This document shows positions 18,643 to 27,400 of a stretch of 64,000 nt of DNA, one piece after another. Position numbers and translations under genes: made by a program. The stretch comes from an uncultured Bacilli bacterium (GTDB lineage Bacteria; Bacillota_I; Bacilli_A; RF39; UBA660), in contig CAKOIE010000003.1 of NCBI GenBank assembly GCA_934086395.1, positions 1,163 to 65,162 of the forward strand. Direction: 5' to 3'. The stretch's first letter is position 1; each line of letters begins with the position of its first letter. The notes beneath the pieces are model-generated. The model worked only from the letters and a program-made list of their open reading frames with translations. It had not been told where the DNA came from and made no database searches.

Positions 18643-20220
18643 TTAATTATAACTCCTTACTTCTTTAAAAGCTTCTAACAAATTTTCAGTTCCATCAAAC
18701 ACCTTTGCATTAGTTAGTTTAGCAATATTATTAAGTTGTTTTAGACTAGCCATACCAAACGTTATACTATAAACTGGCACCTCTTTATTTAACTTTTTGT
18801 AATATTTAGATAGTGTATTAAAGCTTCCCTCATTAGCGTATCCATCAGTCATAGCAATTATCGTAGTTGTATAATCATCACTTTCATTTTTTAATACTTC
18901 TAACCCTTTTTCAATTGCATCATATAAAGCCGTAGATCCTCCAACTTTATAATTATTAATATTTTCAATTAAAGCACTTGTATTACTTCCTAATGAACTC
19001 CAAACATTCGTAACACTACTACTAAAAGTTATAACAGTAATTTTATCATTTTTCGAAAATTGTAACCTATCCTTAGAAGATTCTTCACTATCTAAAATAT
19101 AATTCATCGCATTTCTTAACTCTTCTATCCCCTCACCAGCCATACTACCTGAATAGTCTAAACAAAAAACTGTATGAGTAGGTTTTCTTAAACTTTCTAT
19201 ATATACATTTATAGCTTTTGTAATAACTTTTTTAGATGGAAAATTAGTTACATTTAAATATTTACTAGTATCAATTCCCCAATCAGGATTAAATACTTCA
19301 GCATCAACATCATTATTTATTCCACCATACCAAGTTCGATACCCATTATCTTGTAATAATTCTTGTCCTTTTTCACTTAATAAAAATCTTTGAAATCCTA
19401 AAAAATCTTTTTCTTTACTTTTATCAGTACTTATATAAGCAAGAGTCATATCATTTATTGATACCCCATCTTTAGGATAAAATAAATATAATTCTTCTTT
19501 ATTATCTTTTTTTAACTGTTTATTTATATCTATTAAAGATGCTTCATCAGTTATTATTGCTTCATAATCATCATTATTTAAAAACATCTCTTTTAGATAA
19601 TCTTCATCACCACTAACTCTCAAAGTACCTGAAAATAAATTTTTAAGTTCAGTAACTAACTTAGTATTATCTAAATCTTTTTCTAATAAAACTTCCGGGT
19701 TACCTGCAAGTGAATTAAGAAATCCAATATATGCAGTAGCTCCTGTATTAGTACTTGTTACTGATGGCATAACATATTTAATTTTCTTATTTTTAACAAG
19801 TTCAACAATATCATTATTAGTAATTTCCTTATCAATTAGGCCCAACTTCTTTGCCTTACTCTTTTTAATTCCAAGAACTATAGGACTAATAGCAATTGAT
19901 TTAGAATTACTTGTTAAATACTGATTATCTAGCATATATAACCACATTGAATTAGATATCCATACTCCATCATACTTATCAGCATTATTATTAAGTTCAT
20001 CTACTATATCAATATCCCCCATATATGTAAAATTAATATCATATCCTTTTTTATATATTTTACTTTCTAAATGTTTATTACTAGCTGATGCTAAAATATT
20101 TAATCTTTTACTATCAACTACTTCTATCATCTTATTACTAAGTGAATTTCCCATTATTATTACAAACAAGAAAGTAGCAAATAAGATTACAAAAAAACTT
20201 TTATTTTTATTACTCATCAC
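18643..20220 (-). CDS. membrane-anchored solute-binding domain plus von Willebrand A domain protein
   Basis: MIDAS-type motif LDYSGSM ... GGSTALYDAI ... IAMTDGYANEG in the C-terminal half. Confidence 0.75.
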   Translation of the reverse strand: MMSNKNKSFFVILFATFLFVIIMGNSLSNKMIEVVDSKRLNILASASNKHLESKIYKKGYDINFTYMGDIDIVDELNNNADKYDGVWISNSMWLYMLDNQYLTSNSKSIAISPIVLGIKKSKAKKLGLIDKEITNNDIVELVKNKKIKYVMPSVTSTNTGATAYIGFLNSLAGNPEVLLEKDLDNTKLVTELKNLFSGTLRVSGDEDYLKEMFLNNDDYEAIITDEASLIDINKQLKKDNKEELYLFYPKDGVSINDMTLAYISTDKSKEKDFLGFQRFLLSEKGQELLQDNGYRTWYGGINNDVDAEVFNPDWGIDTSKYLNVTNFPSKKVITKAINVYIESLRKPTHTVFCLDYSGSMAGEGIEELRNAMNYILDSEESSKDRLQFSKNDKITVITFSSSVTNVWSSLGSNTSALIENINNYKVGGSTALYDAIEKGLEVLKNESDDYTTTIIAMTDGYANEGSFNTLSKYYKKLNKEVPVYSITFGMASLKQLNNIAKLTNAKVFDGTENLLEAFKEVRSYN

Positions 20221-20353
20221 ATATCCATCCTCTAATCAAAAGTATATCATTATAAGATTTAAAACTCAATTAAAATCACGCCTACACTTACACCTAAATC
20301 CCACAATTCCTACATTTATTAATTAAAATCTTATTTTTATCGAACTATTTTCC

Positions 20354-20378
20354 CACAAAAAAAGCCTTTAATAGGCTC
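20354..20378 (-). terminator. rho-independent terminator downstream of tRNA-Leu
   Basis: The minus strand reads AGCCTattaaAGGCT followed by T7. Confidence 0.6.
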
Positions 20379-20393
20379 ATAAACTTTATAAAA

Positions 20394-20481
20394 TGGTGCT
20401 CGCACTCGGACTTGAACCGAGACTTCTTCATCAGAAAATAGATTTTGAGTCTATCGCGTCTACCAATTTCGCCATGCGAGC
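20394..20481 (-). tRNA. tRNA-Leu (anticodon CAA), class II with a long variable arm and encoded CCA
   Basis: The reverse complement is GCTCGCATGGCGAAATTGGTAGACGCGATAGACTCAAAATCTATTTTCTGATGAAGAAGTCTCGGTTCAAGTCCGAGTGCGAGCACCA. It has a 7-bp acceptor stem, anticodon loop CUCAAAA and a GTTCAAGTC T-loop. Confidence 0.9.
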
Positions 20482-20531
20482 AAGAACAAATTAATTATAA
20501 CACATAATATCTAAAAAATGTTAAAATTAAT

Positions 20532-21104
20532 TTATTTTTCTTCTTCTTCATTATATTTAGTTAAATACAAATCTAATTCTTCATCATTTTCACTATTGTT
20601 AAATTTAGGTAAATCATTAATAGTAGCAAGTCCAAAATAATCTAAAAAGTTATTAGTAACTTCATATAAATTAGGTTTACCAGGTAATGTACTTTTCCCA
20701 CTTACTTTAATTAACTCTTTAGCAAGTAATTTTCTAATTACAAATACAGTAGAAACACCTCTAAGTTCATCAATCTCTACTCTAGTAATTGGACCATTAT
20801 AAGCAATTATTGCAAGAGTTTCCAAAGCAGCAGGAGATAAAGTATTACTTTCAGGTTTTTTAACTAATTTTTCATAAATTTCTTTATGCTCTGGTTTAGT
20901 AGTTAACTTAAAAGCATCTCCTAAATAACTTATTCTTATTCCTCTATCTTCTTCTTCGTAATTCTTTTTTAATATAGAAAGTAAATTCTTAACCTCTGTT
21001 TCACTTTTAGACATAATATCGCATAAATTATCTAAAGTAATTCCCTCATCACCAACCACAAACAATATTCCTTCTAAAATCCCAACATCTCTCATAACTA
21101 ACAT
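20532..21104 (-). CDS. scpB: segregation and condensation protein B
   Basis: EGILFVVGDEGITL..., two winged-helix repeats, and position downstream of scpA. Confidence 0.85.
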   Translation of the reverse strand: MLVMRDVGILEGILFVVGDEGITLDNLCDIMSKSETEVKNLLSILKKNYEEEDRGIRISYLGDAFKLTTKPEHKEIYEKLVKKPESNTLSPAALETLAIIAYNGPITRVEIDELRGVSTVFVIRKLLAKELIKVSGKSTLPGKPNLYEVTNNFLDYFGLATINDLPKFNNSENDEELDLYLTKYNEEEEK

Positions 21105-21805
21105 CCTTCTAAATAAATATCCCCAAAGTTTTTATCTTGAGTTATAACTATTTCCCTTTTCTTAGATAAATCAAGTATACTTAAAAAAGTAACAATAACA
21201 TATGGTTTAGAAAAATCATCAAATAAATCTAAAAAATTAACTTTACCTCTTTCTTTAATAATATTTCTAATCATTATACTTCTACTTTCTAAGCTTATTT
21301 CTTTCTTCGTCACTGTAGTAGTCTTAGGTTCTTGTAATTTTTGTCTCTTTAAAAATTCTTCAAAAGCATTCAATAAATCATCTAAAGAAATATTTGTATT
21401 TAATTTAGTTTCATTTCTAAATTCATTTAAATTACTAGGTAACTTAGTATAAACATAACTTCTCTTTTCTTCAAGAACTCTAAAATCCCCAGCCATATCT
21501 TTAATTTTTTGATACTCTAATAATCTTTCTCTTAATTCATCTTCACTATTAATTTCATATTCATCATCATTATCTTCATTATCCCTATGTAATAACAATT
21601 TACTTTTTAAATGAATAAGTTCAGAAGCCATAACTAAATATTCACTACAAGCATCTATTGTTAAATTTTTATTATTATTTATATAATCTATATATTCTTT
21701 AGTAATTAATTCTATATCTATATCATAAATATCCATCTTGTTAGACCTAATTAAATGCAGTAGCAAATCTAATGGTCCATTAAAATTATTAATTTCTACA
21801 TTCAT
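21098..21805 (-). CDS. scpA: segregation and condensation protein A
   Basis: N-terminal FNGPLDLLLHLIRSNKMDIYDIDIELIT. Confidence 0.85.
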   Translation of the reverse strand: MNVEINNFNGPLDLLLHLIRSNKMDIYDIDIELITKEYIDYINNNKNLTIDACSEYLVMASELIHLKSKLLLHRDNEDNDDEYEINSEDELRERLLEYQKIKDMAGDFRVLEEKRSYVYTKLPSNLNEFRNETKLNTNISLDDLLNAFEEFLKRQKLQEPKTTTVTKKEISLESRSIMIRNIIKERGKVNFLDLFDDFSKPYVIVTFLSILDLSKKREIVITQDKNFGDIYLEGC

Positions 21806-22425
21806 TTACAATCAAAACCTTTTTTTATTAACTCAGAACTTATTATATCATACTTAGTATTTAATAGATAATAATTTATATCTATATCCCTAAAATTAGC
21901 ATCATTATCTATAATAGCAGTATATTTAAAATTATTATCACTTGTAACTATAGTGCTTTTTCCACCTAAAGAATTAACATTATTACTTTTAATTTTATAG
22001 TTTAACAATATATCATTATATATAGATTCATTTTCATTAGAATATGTATAATTATTTTCTATTTTCATTAAATTATTCTCATTATCAAAAGTATAAATAT
22101 ATTCATAATTGCGATATACACATGTTAAAATATTACTGTTATTATTTACAGTTGTAGTACTTGTTGTTGTAGACGTTGATGAAGATACAATTGTTGTCGT
22201 AGTAGATGTTGTAACTACAGGACTAGTCGTATTATTATTATTTTTATTATTTTTATTTAATAAATCATCTAAAGTAAAATCATCTCCAATAAGTGCTTTA
22301 ATATATGGAAACGCTAAGCAAGTACCAATTAAAAATACAAATACAAAAATAACAAATACTGGTTTACTTGATTTTTCTTTTTTTAAAGTACCTAACACTA
22401 TAGCATCTTTATTATCATTGTTCAT
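21802..22425 (-). CDS. membrane-anchored hypothetical protein with a Thr/Ser-rich linker
   Basis: 207 aa with one TM and then TTSPVVTTSTTTTIVSSSTSTTTSTTT. Confidence 0.5.
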   Translation of the reverse strand: MNNDNKDAIVLGTLKKEKSSKPVFVIFVFVFLIGTCLAFPYIKALIGDDFTLDDLLNKNNKNNNNTTSPVVTTSTTTTIVSSSTSTTTSTTTVNNNSNILTCVYRNYEYIYTFDNENNLMKIENNYTYSNENESIYNDILLNYKIKSNNVNSLGGKSTIVTSDNNFKYTAIIDNDANFRDIDINYYLLNTKYDIISSELIKKGFDCK

Positions 22426-22574
22426 ATTAACTAGCCTCCAACTATAACAAGTATAGCAAAATTTTTAATAAAAGAAAACAAAAAAGGACAAGAAATTATC
22501 TCATCCTAATCTATTTAAACACTATAAAATAGTGGTCAATATATCTTATTCTAATATTCTAAAAAATTACCAAT

Positions 22575-24809
22575 TTATTCATCTTTTTGTAATTTTACAA
22601 TAACTTCTCGTGGTTTAGAGCCATTTTGAGGTCCAATTATACCTCTTTCTTCAAGTAAATCTACAATTCTAGCGGCTCTTGAAAAACCAACTCTAAATCT
22701 TCTTTGAATTAAAGAAGCACTTATTTTACCTGTTGTAATTGCAAAATCAACTACATCGTTATATAAAGGATCATCATATTCTTCAGTACCACTATTTGCA
22801 CCAGCCATGTGATTATCAGGTATTTCAGTTAAACTATTATCATAACTTGCTACTTGTTCTTTAGATACGTAATCAATTAATCTTTGAGTTTCTTCATCAG
22901 ATATAAAGTTACCTTGAATTCTAATTGGTGTATTTTCACCCATTGGTAAATATAACATATCACCTTTACCAAGTAATTTTTCTGCTCCGCTTCGATCAAG
23001 TATAGTTCTTGAATCTATTTGAGAAGCAACCGCAAATGAAATACGTGATGGTATATTTGCTTTAACTACACCTGTAATTACATCAGTTGAAGGTCTTTGA
23101 GTTGCAACAATTAAGTGAATTCCAGCGGCTCTTGCCATTTGAGTTATACGCATAATTGAATCTTCTACCTCTTTAGCCGCAACAAGCATTAAATCAGCAA
23201 GTTCATCTATTATAACTAAAATATAAGGCATCTTAGGGACATCAGTATTATTCTTTTTATTACTCTTTTCAATCATTTCGTTATATCCAGAAATATTTTT
23301 AACATTATTATCAGCAAATTTTTGATATCTATTTTCCATTTCAGCAACTATTTTTTGAAGTACTACATTTGCTTTCTTAGGATCAGTAACAACTGGACAT
23401 AATAAATGCGGTATTCCATTATAATTAGATAACTCGACCTTTTTAGGATCAACTAAAACTAACTTTATATCATTCGGATTCATTCTCATTAAAATTGATG
23501 CAATAAAACTATTTATACAAACTGATTTACCTGAACCAGTAGAACCGGCAACAAGTAAGTGTGGCATTTTTGATAAATCAGCACAGCATGTTCTACCCAT
23601 TAAATCCTTACCAAGAGCAACTAATATCTTAGCATCATTCATTGATTTTGGAACTGTGCTAAGAACCTCTCTAATTGGAACACTAGCAACATTTCTATTA
23701 GGTATTTCAACTCCAACAGTACTTTTTCCCGGAATAGGTGCTTCAATTCTAACGTCCTTAGCAGCAAGTGCTAGCGCTATTTCTTTACTAATACTTGTAA
23801 TTCTATTAACTTTAGTGCCAGCTTTAATCTCAACCTCAAACTGAGTTACAGCAGGACCCTCATGTATTTCAACTACTTTACCAGTAATTTGAAAATCTCT
23901 TAAAACCTTCTCAAGTGCAAGTCTATTTTGATTTAAGAAATCACTATTATTAACCTTTTTAGTTTTAGCCGAAGGATTTAATATATCAAGTGGAGGTAAA
24001 TGATATTCTCCATTTGAACTATTTTGAATAGTTATAGGAGCACTACTAGTTGTTTTTTCTTCTTTATTATTATCATAATTTTCATTATGAAATCTACTCA
24101 TTTCTTCACTAGAAGTAATCATAACTTTGTTGTTTACAGGACTTACTTGTTCTTCCTCCTCATCATCGTCATCATCTTCTTCATCAGATTCACTTAATTT
24201 TAAAGCCTTACTAGATTTAACTCCATCTCCAAGTCCTTTAAAGACTTTAATAATTTTAACTACAATATCAGCAAGTGATACATTAAGAGCCATTACTACT
24301 CCAAACAAGGCAAAGACAGCTAAAATAATATAAGTACCAGTCAAATCAAATAAATTAACAAATCCCCATGAGAAAAATGCTCCAATTATTCCTCCACCAG
24401 TCTGACTTAAATTTATAAAATTTTCACTATTTATTGTATTCATAAAATTATCTATGGTATTTTGAAATATATCATTATTTTTAAGTACTGCACTATCAGC
24501 AATATAGTTAATATGACTAAGAGCAAGTAACGCAATTAACAAAAGATATAACCCAATTAATCTCGAATTAAAAAACTTAGGTAAATCTCCCTTAATTATC
24601 ATATACATTCCTAAAATAATTAATAATAAAACAAAAATAGCCCACCAAGTCCCCATTAAAAATATACAAAAAGATTTAATAAGATGTCCTACTGGACCAA
24701 ACGCTCCTATTCCAATTATTCCAACAAGTACAAGTAATAAACCAATTAGTTCTGAAGAAAATTTAGTTTTACTAGCACTTTCACCTTTTCTTTTTTTCTT
24801 TTTAGCCAT
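22575..24809 (-). CDS. ftsK: DNA translocase FtsK/SpoIIIE
   Basis: N-terminal TM helices, an acidic linker, Walker A GSTGSGKS, and a gamma domain at the C-terminus. Confidence 0.9.
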   Translation of the reverse strand: MAKKKKRKGESASKTKFSSELIGLLLVLVGIIGIGAFGPVGHLIKSFCIFLMGTWWAIFVLLLIILGMYMIIKGDLPKFFNSRLIGLYLLLIALLALSHINYIADSAVLKNNDIFQNTIDNFMNTINSENFINLSQTGGGIIGAFFSWGFVNLFDLTGTYIILAVFALFGVVMALNVSLADIVVKIIKVFKGLGDGVKSSKALKLSESDEEDDDDDEEEEQVSPVNNKVMITSSEEMSRFHNENYDNNKEEKTTSSAPITIQNSSNGEYHLPPLDILNPSAKTKKVNNSDFLNQNRLALEKVLRDFQITGKVVEIHEGPAVTQFEVEIKAGTKVNRITSISKEIALALAAKDVRIEAPIPGKSTVGVEIPNRNVASVPIREVLSTVPKSMNDAKILVALGKDLMGRTCCADLSKMPHLLVAGSTGSGKSVCINSFIASILMRMNPNDIKLVLVDPKKVELSNYNGIPHLLCPVVTDPKKANVVLQKIVAEMENRYQKFADNNVKNISGYNEMIEKSNKKNNTDVPKMPYILVIIDELADLMLVAAKEVEDSIMRITQMARAAGIHLIVATQRPSTDVITGVVKANIPSRISFAVASQIDSRTILDRSGAEKLLGKGDMLYLPMGENTPIRIQGNFISDEETQRLIDYVSKEQVASYDNSLTEIPDNHMAGANSGTEEYDDPLYNDVVDFAITTGKISASLIQRRFRVGFSRAARIVDLLEERGIIGPQNGSKPREVIVKLQKDE

Positions 24810-25030
24810 ATACTATCAACTCCATTATAATTATAAACCATATATAAATTTAATGCAAAAAGAAACTGTAAAGTTACATTAATAATAGTTACTTAATTTA
24901 TATTAATATTTTCACTTGTTCGCTTGTTTATATATTAAACTAATTGTATAATACCAACTAAGGAACAATTAGTTGCTGGGTGTCTATCCTCACTTTTTTA
25001 TAATATCAAAAAGATGAGGAGGTGCTACAT

Positions 25031-25123
25031 ATGAGTAAAAGAAAATTTATTATTAAATTTCTAAGATACGTATGTTTCATTATTTTATGTATATCTGTTT
25101 TAGTATACATAGTAAAAAAATAG
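25031..25123 (+). CDS. putative type I toxin peptide (30 aa), copy 1
   Basis: SD GAGGAGG lies 8 nt upstream. The peptide is MSKRKFIIKFLRYVCFIILCISVLVYIVKK. See findings. Confidence 0.55.
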   Translation: MSKRKFIIKFLRYVCFIILCISVLVYIVKK

Positions 25124-25238
25124 ACACTTAATTACCAAGAAAGATAATTAAATGTCTTTACCAAATTAAATTTAGGATAGACATTCAGCATTGCAAAACT
25201 AAATGTTCCTTTTTTATTTTATGTAAGTCTTCCTTACA
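25114..25238 (-). ncRNA. putative antisense antitoxin RNA, copy 1 (approximate ends)
   Basis: Minus-strand promoter TTGATA(25267-25272)-17-TGcTATTAT(25244-25249). On the minus strand, hairpin 25122-25158 is followed by T7 (25114-25120). Confidence 0.45.
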
Positions 25239-25410
25239 CATTCATAATAGCATATTTTATTTTATTTATCAAATTAGTTTTTTATATATTTTCACTTGTT
25301 TGCTTGTTTATATATTAAACTAATTGTATAATACCAACTAAGGAACAATTAGTTGCTGGGTGTCTATCCTCACTTTTTTATAATATCAAAAAGATGAGGA
25401 GGTGCTACAT

Positions 25411-25503
25411 ATGAGTAAAAGAATATTTATTATTAAATTTCTAAGATACGTATGTTTCATTATTCTATGTATATCAATTTTGGTATACATGGTAAAAAAA
25501 TAG
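25411..25503 (+). CDS. putative type I toxin peptide (30 aa), copy 2
   Basis: Same layout 380 nt downstream. The peptide is MSKRIFIIKFLRYVCFIILCISILVYMVKK. Confidence 0.55.
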   Translation: MSKRIFIIKFLRYVCFIILCISILVYMVKK

Positions 25504-25615
25504 ACACTTAATTATCAAGAAAGATAATTAAATGTCGACACTTTATTTTAAAGGATAGACATTCAGCGTAGCAAACTAAATGTTCCTTTTTTATTTTATG
25601 TAAGTTTCCCTTACA
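25494..25615 (-). ncRNA. putative antisense antitoxin RNA, copy 2 (approximate ends)
   Basis: Promoter TTGATA(25644-25649)-17-TATTAT(25621-25626) on the minus strand, with a terminator hairpin plus T7 at 25494-25538. Confidence 0.45.
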
Positions 25616-25664
25616 TATTCATAATAGCATGTTTTATTTTATTTATCAAATTAATCAAAAATTT

Positions 25665-26543
25665 TTACCTCATGTTAGTAAATTTTCTAATTGTATCCAT
25701 TGGTCCATCACTATTTAAGATTTCATTTTCTAATTCTTTGCGATTATATCTAACCAAAACTTTTTGAACATCAAACCCTTGATTATTTCTTTTTTCTTTT
25801 AAGATAACATAAGATGCTGTATCAACTGGATCATTTCCATAAGCCATACCAACAGCTCTTAAAGTATAAAATGATGTATTTTCTCCTCTTTCAAACATTT
25901 CAAAATGAACATGTCCTTGAAATATAGAATCATAATCAGTTACTTTTTTTCCATTAAATAATGGTTCATTCATTGCTGATATTATTCCTTTAGCTTCTTC
26001 ACTATTTTCTCCTAAAAATTTAATCTTATTTGCCATATCAAGTTTTTGTTCTTGACTATTAGTATATAAAAATTGTTTATATGCATCTATGCCGTTTTTA
26101 TAATTAGCCTGATAAGACCACGTACTATTTTTAGTATAATCAAATCTACAATCATTTGCGAAATGACATAATGCGATTTTCTTACCGCCCAAACATAAAT
26201 CAATAAAATGAGGATATAAATTTATTATTCCTATTTCATAACTATTTAAATTAGATAACGTCCATAAATAGCTTTCTTCTTTTTCTTCTGTAAAATAGCT
26301 TTTAAAAGGATCTATTCCAAGAGTAATATAATCTTCACTATTACCAGCTATTGATTTAACATTATATTCGTCAAATAACTCCATTATTTTCTTAGGACTA
26401 GGTCCAACTCCAACATTATCCCCTAAAGAATATATTTCTGTTATTCCTTTATTTTTCATATCTTTTAAACATGCCATAGTTGGCACTAACAAACTATGTG
26501 CATCGGTGATAATTCCGATACATCTACCTGTATATTCATTCAT
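25665..26543 (-). CDS. metallophosphoesterase family protein
   Basis: Motifs IGIITDAHS, LGDNVGVGP, AGNSEDY and QGHVHF. Confidence 0.75.
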   Translation of the reverse strand: MNEYTGRCIGIITDAHSLLVPTMACLKDMKNKGITEIYSLGDNVGVGPSPKKIMELFDEYNVKSIAGNSEDYITLGIDPFKSYFTEEKEESYLWTLSNLNSYEIGIINLYPHFIDLCLGGKKIALCHFANDCRFDYTKNSTWSYQANYKNGIDAYKQFLYTNSQEQKLDMANKIKFLGENSEEAKGIISAMNEPLFNGKKVTDYDSIFQGHVHFEMFERGENTSFYTLRAVGMAYGNDPVDTASYVILKEKRNNQGFDVQKVLVRYNRKELENEILNSDGPMDTIRKFTNMR

Positions 26544-26544
26544 T

Positions 26545-27399
26545 TTATTTATCTCCTTCCAAATACATAATTATCTTTTTATAAGTATCATCATAACTTT
26601 TATCTAACTTAAACCATTTAACATCCATTTGATTCTTAAACCAAGTATATTGTCTTTTAGCATAATGTCTACTATTTTTCTTAATTAAATCTAAAGCTTC
26701 ATCCAAACTTATTTTACCATCAAAATACCTATATAATTCCTTATAACCAATACAAGTCATTACAGCCTTTGAATAAATATGTTCATCATACAACTTTCTT
26801 GCTTCTTCAATTAATCCAGCTTTAACCATAATATCAACACGTCTATTAATTCGATCATATAAAACATCCCTATCCAAATCAATAGCGATAAACTTAGCAT
26901 CATATAATAATTCATTACCTTTATTATCATAATCTTCTTTTTTATTAAGTGCTCTTATTAATCTCTTTCGATTATTTACATGTATATCAATATTAGGATA
27001 TTTTTCTTTAACTTTCTCATATAATTCTTCATTAGAAATATCATTATAAGTATCATAAGAAGTATCATCTTCAAACACATAATTATATAACCCAGCTTTA
27101 ATATATAAACCAGTACCACCAACAATTATAATATTTTTATCCTTATTATTATCTAATATATTTCTTAAATCTTTTTGATAATCATAAACTGTATACATAT
27201 CATTTTTATCTACTATATCAAATAAATAATGAGGAATTCCCTCTTTTTCTTCTTCTTTTATTTTCGCAGTTGCAATATCAAGTTCTTTATAAACTTGTAA
27301 AGAATCTGCATTAACTACTATTCCGTTATATCTTTTAGCCAAATCAACACTTAATCTTGTTTTATAACTAGCCGTTGCCCCACATACTACTATAATCAT
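26545..27399 (-). CDS. miaA: tRNA dimethylallyltransferase
   Basis: Length and blocks are typical of MiaA (LQVYKELDIATAK, GGTGLYI, YAKRQYTWF). The P-loop reads GATASYKT rather than GPTASGKT. Confidence 0.85.
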   Translation of the reverse strand: MIIVVCGATASYKTRLSVDLAKRYNGIVVNADSLQVYKELDIATAKIKEEEKEGIPHYLFDIVDKNDMYTVYDYQKDLRNILDNNKDKNIIIVGGTGLYIKAGLYNYVFEDDTSYDTYNDISNEELYEKVKEKYPNIDIHVNNRKRLIRALNKKEDYDNKGNELLYDAKFIAIDLDRDVLYDRINRRVDIMVKAGLIEEARKLYDEHIYSKAVMTCIGYKELYRYFDGKISLDEALDLIKKNSRHYAKRQYTWFKNQMDVKWFKLDKSYDDTYKKIIMYLEGDK

Positions 27400-27400
27400 T

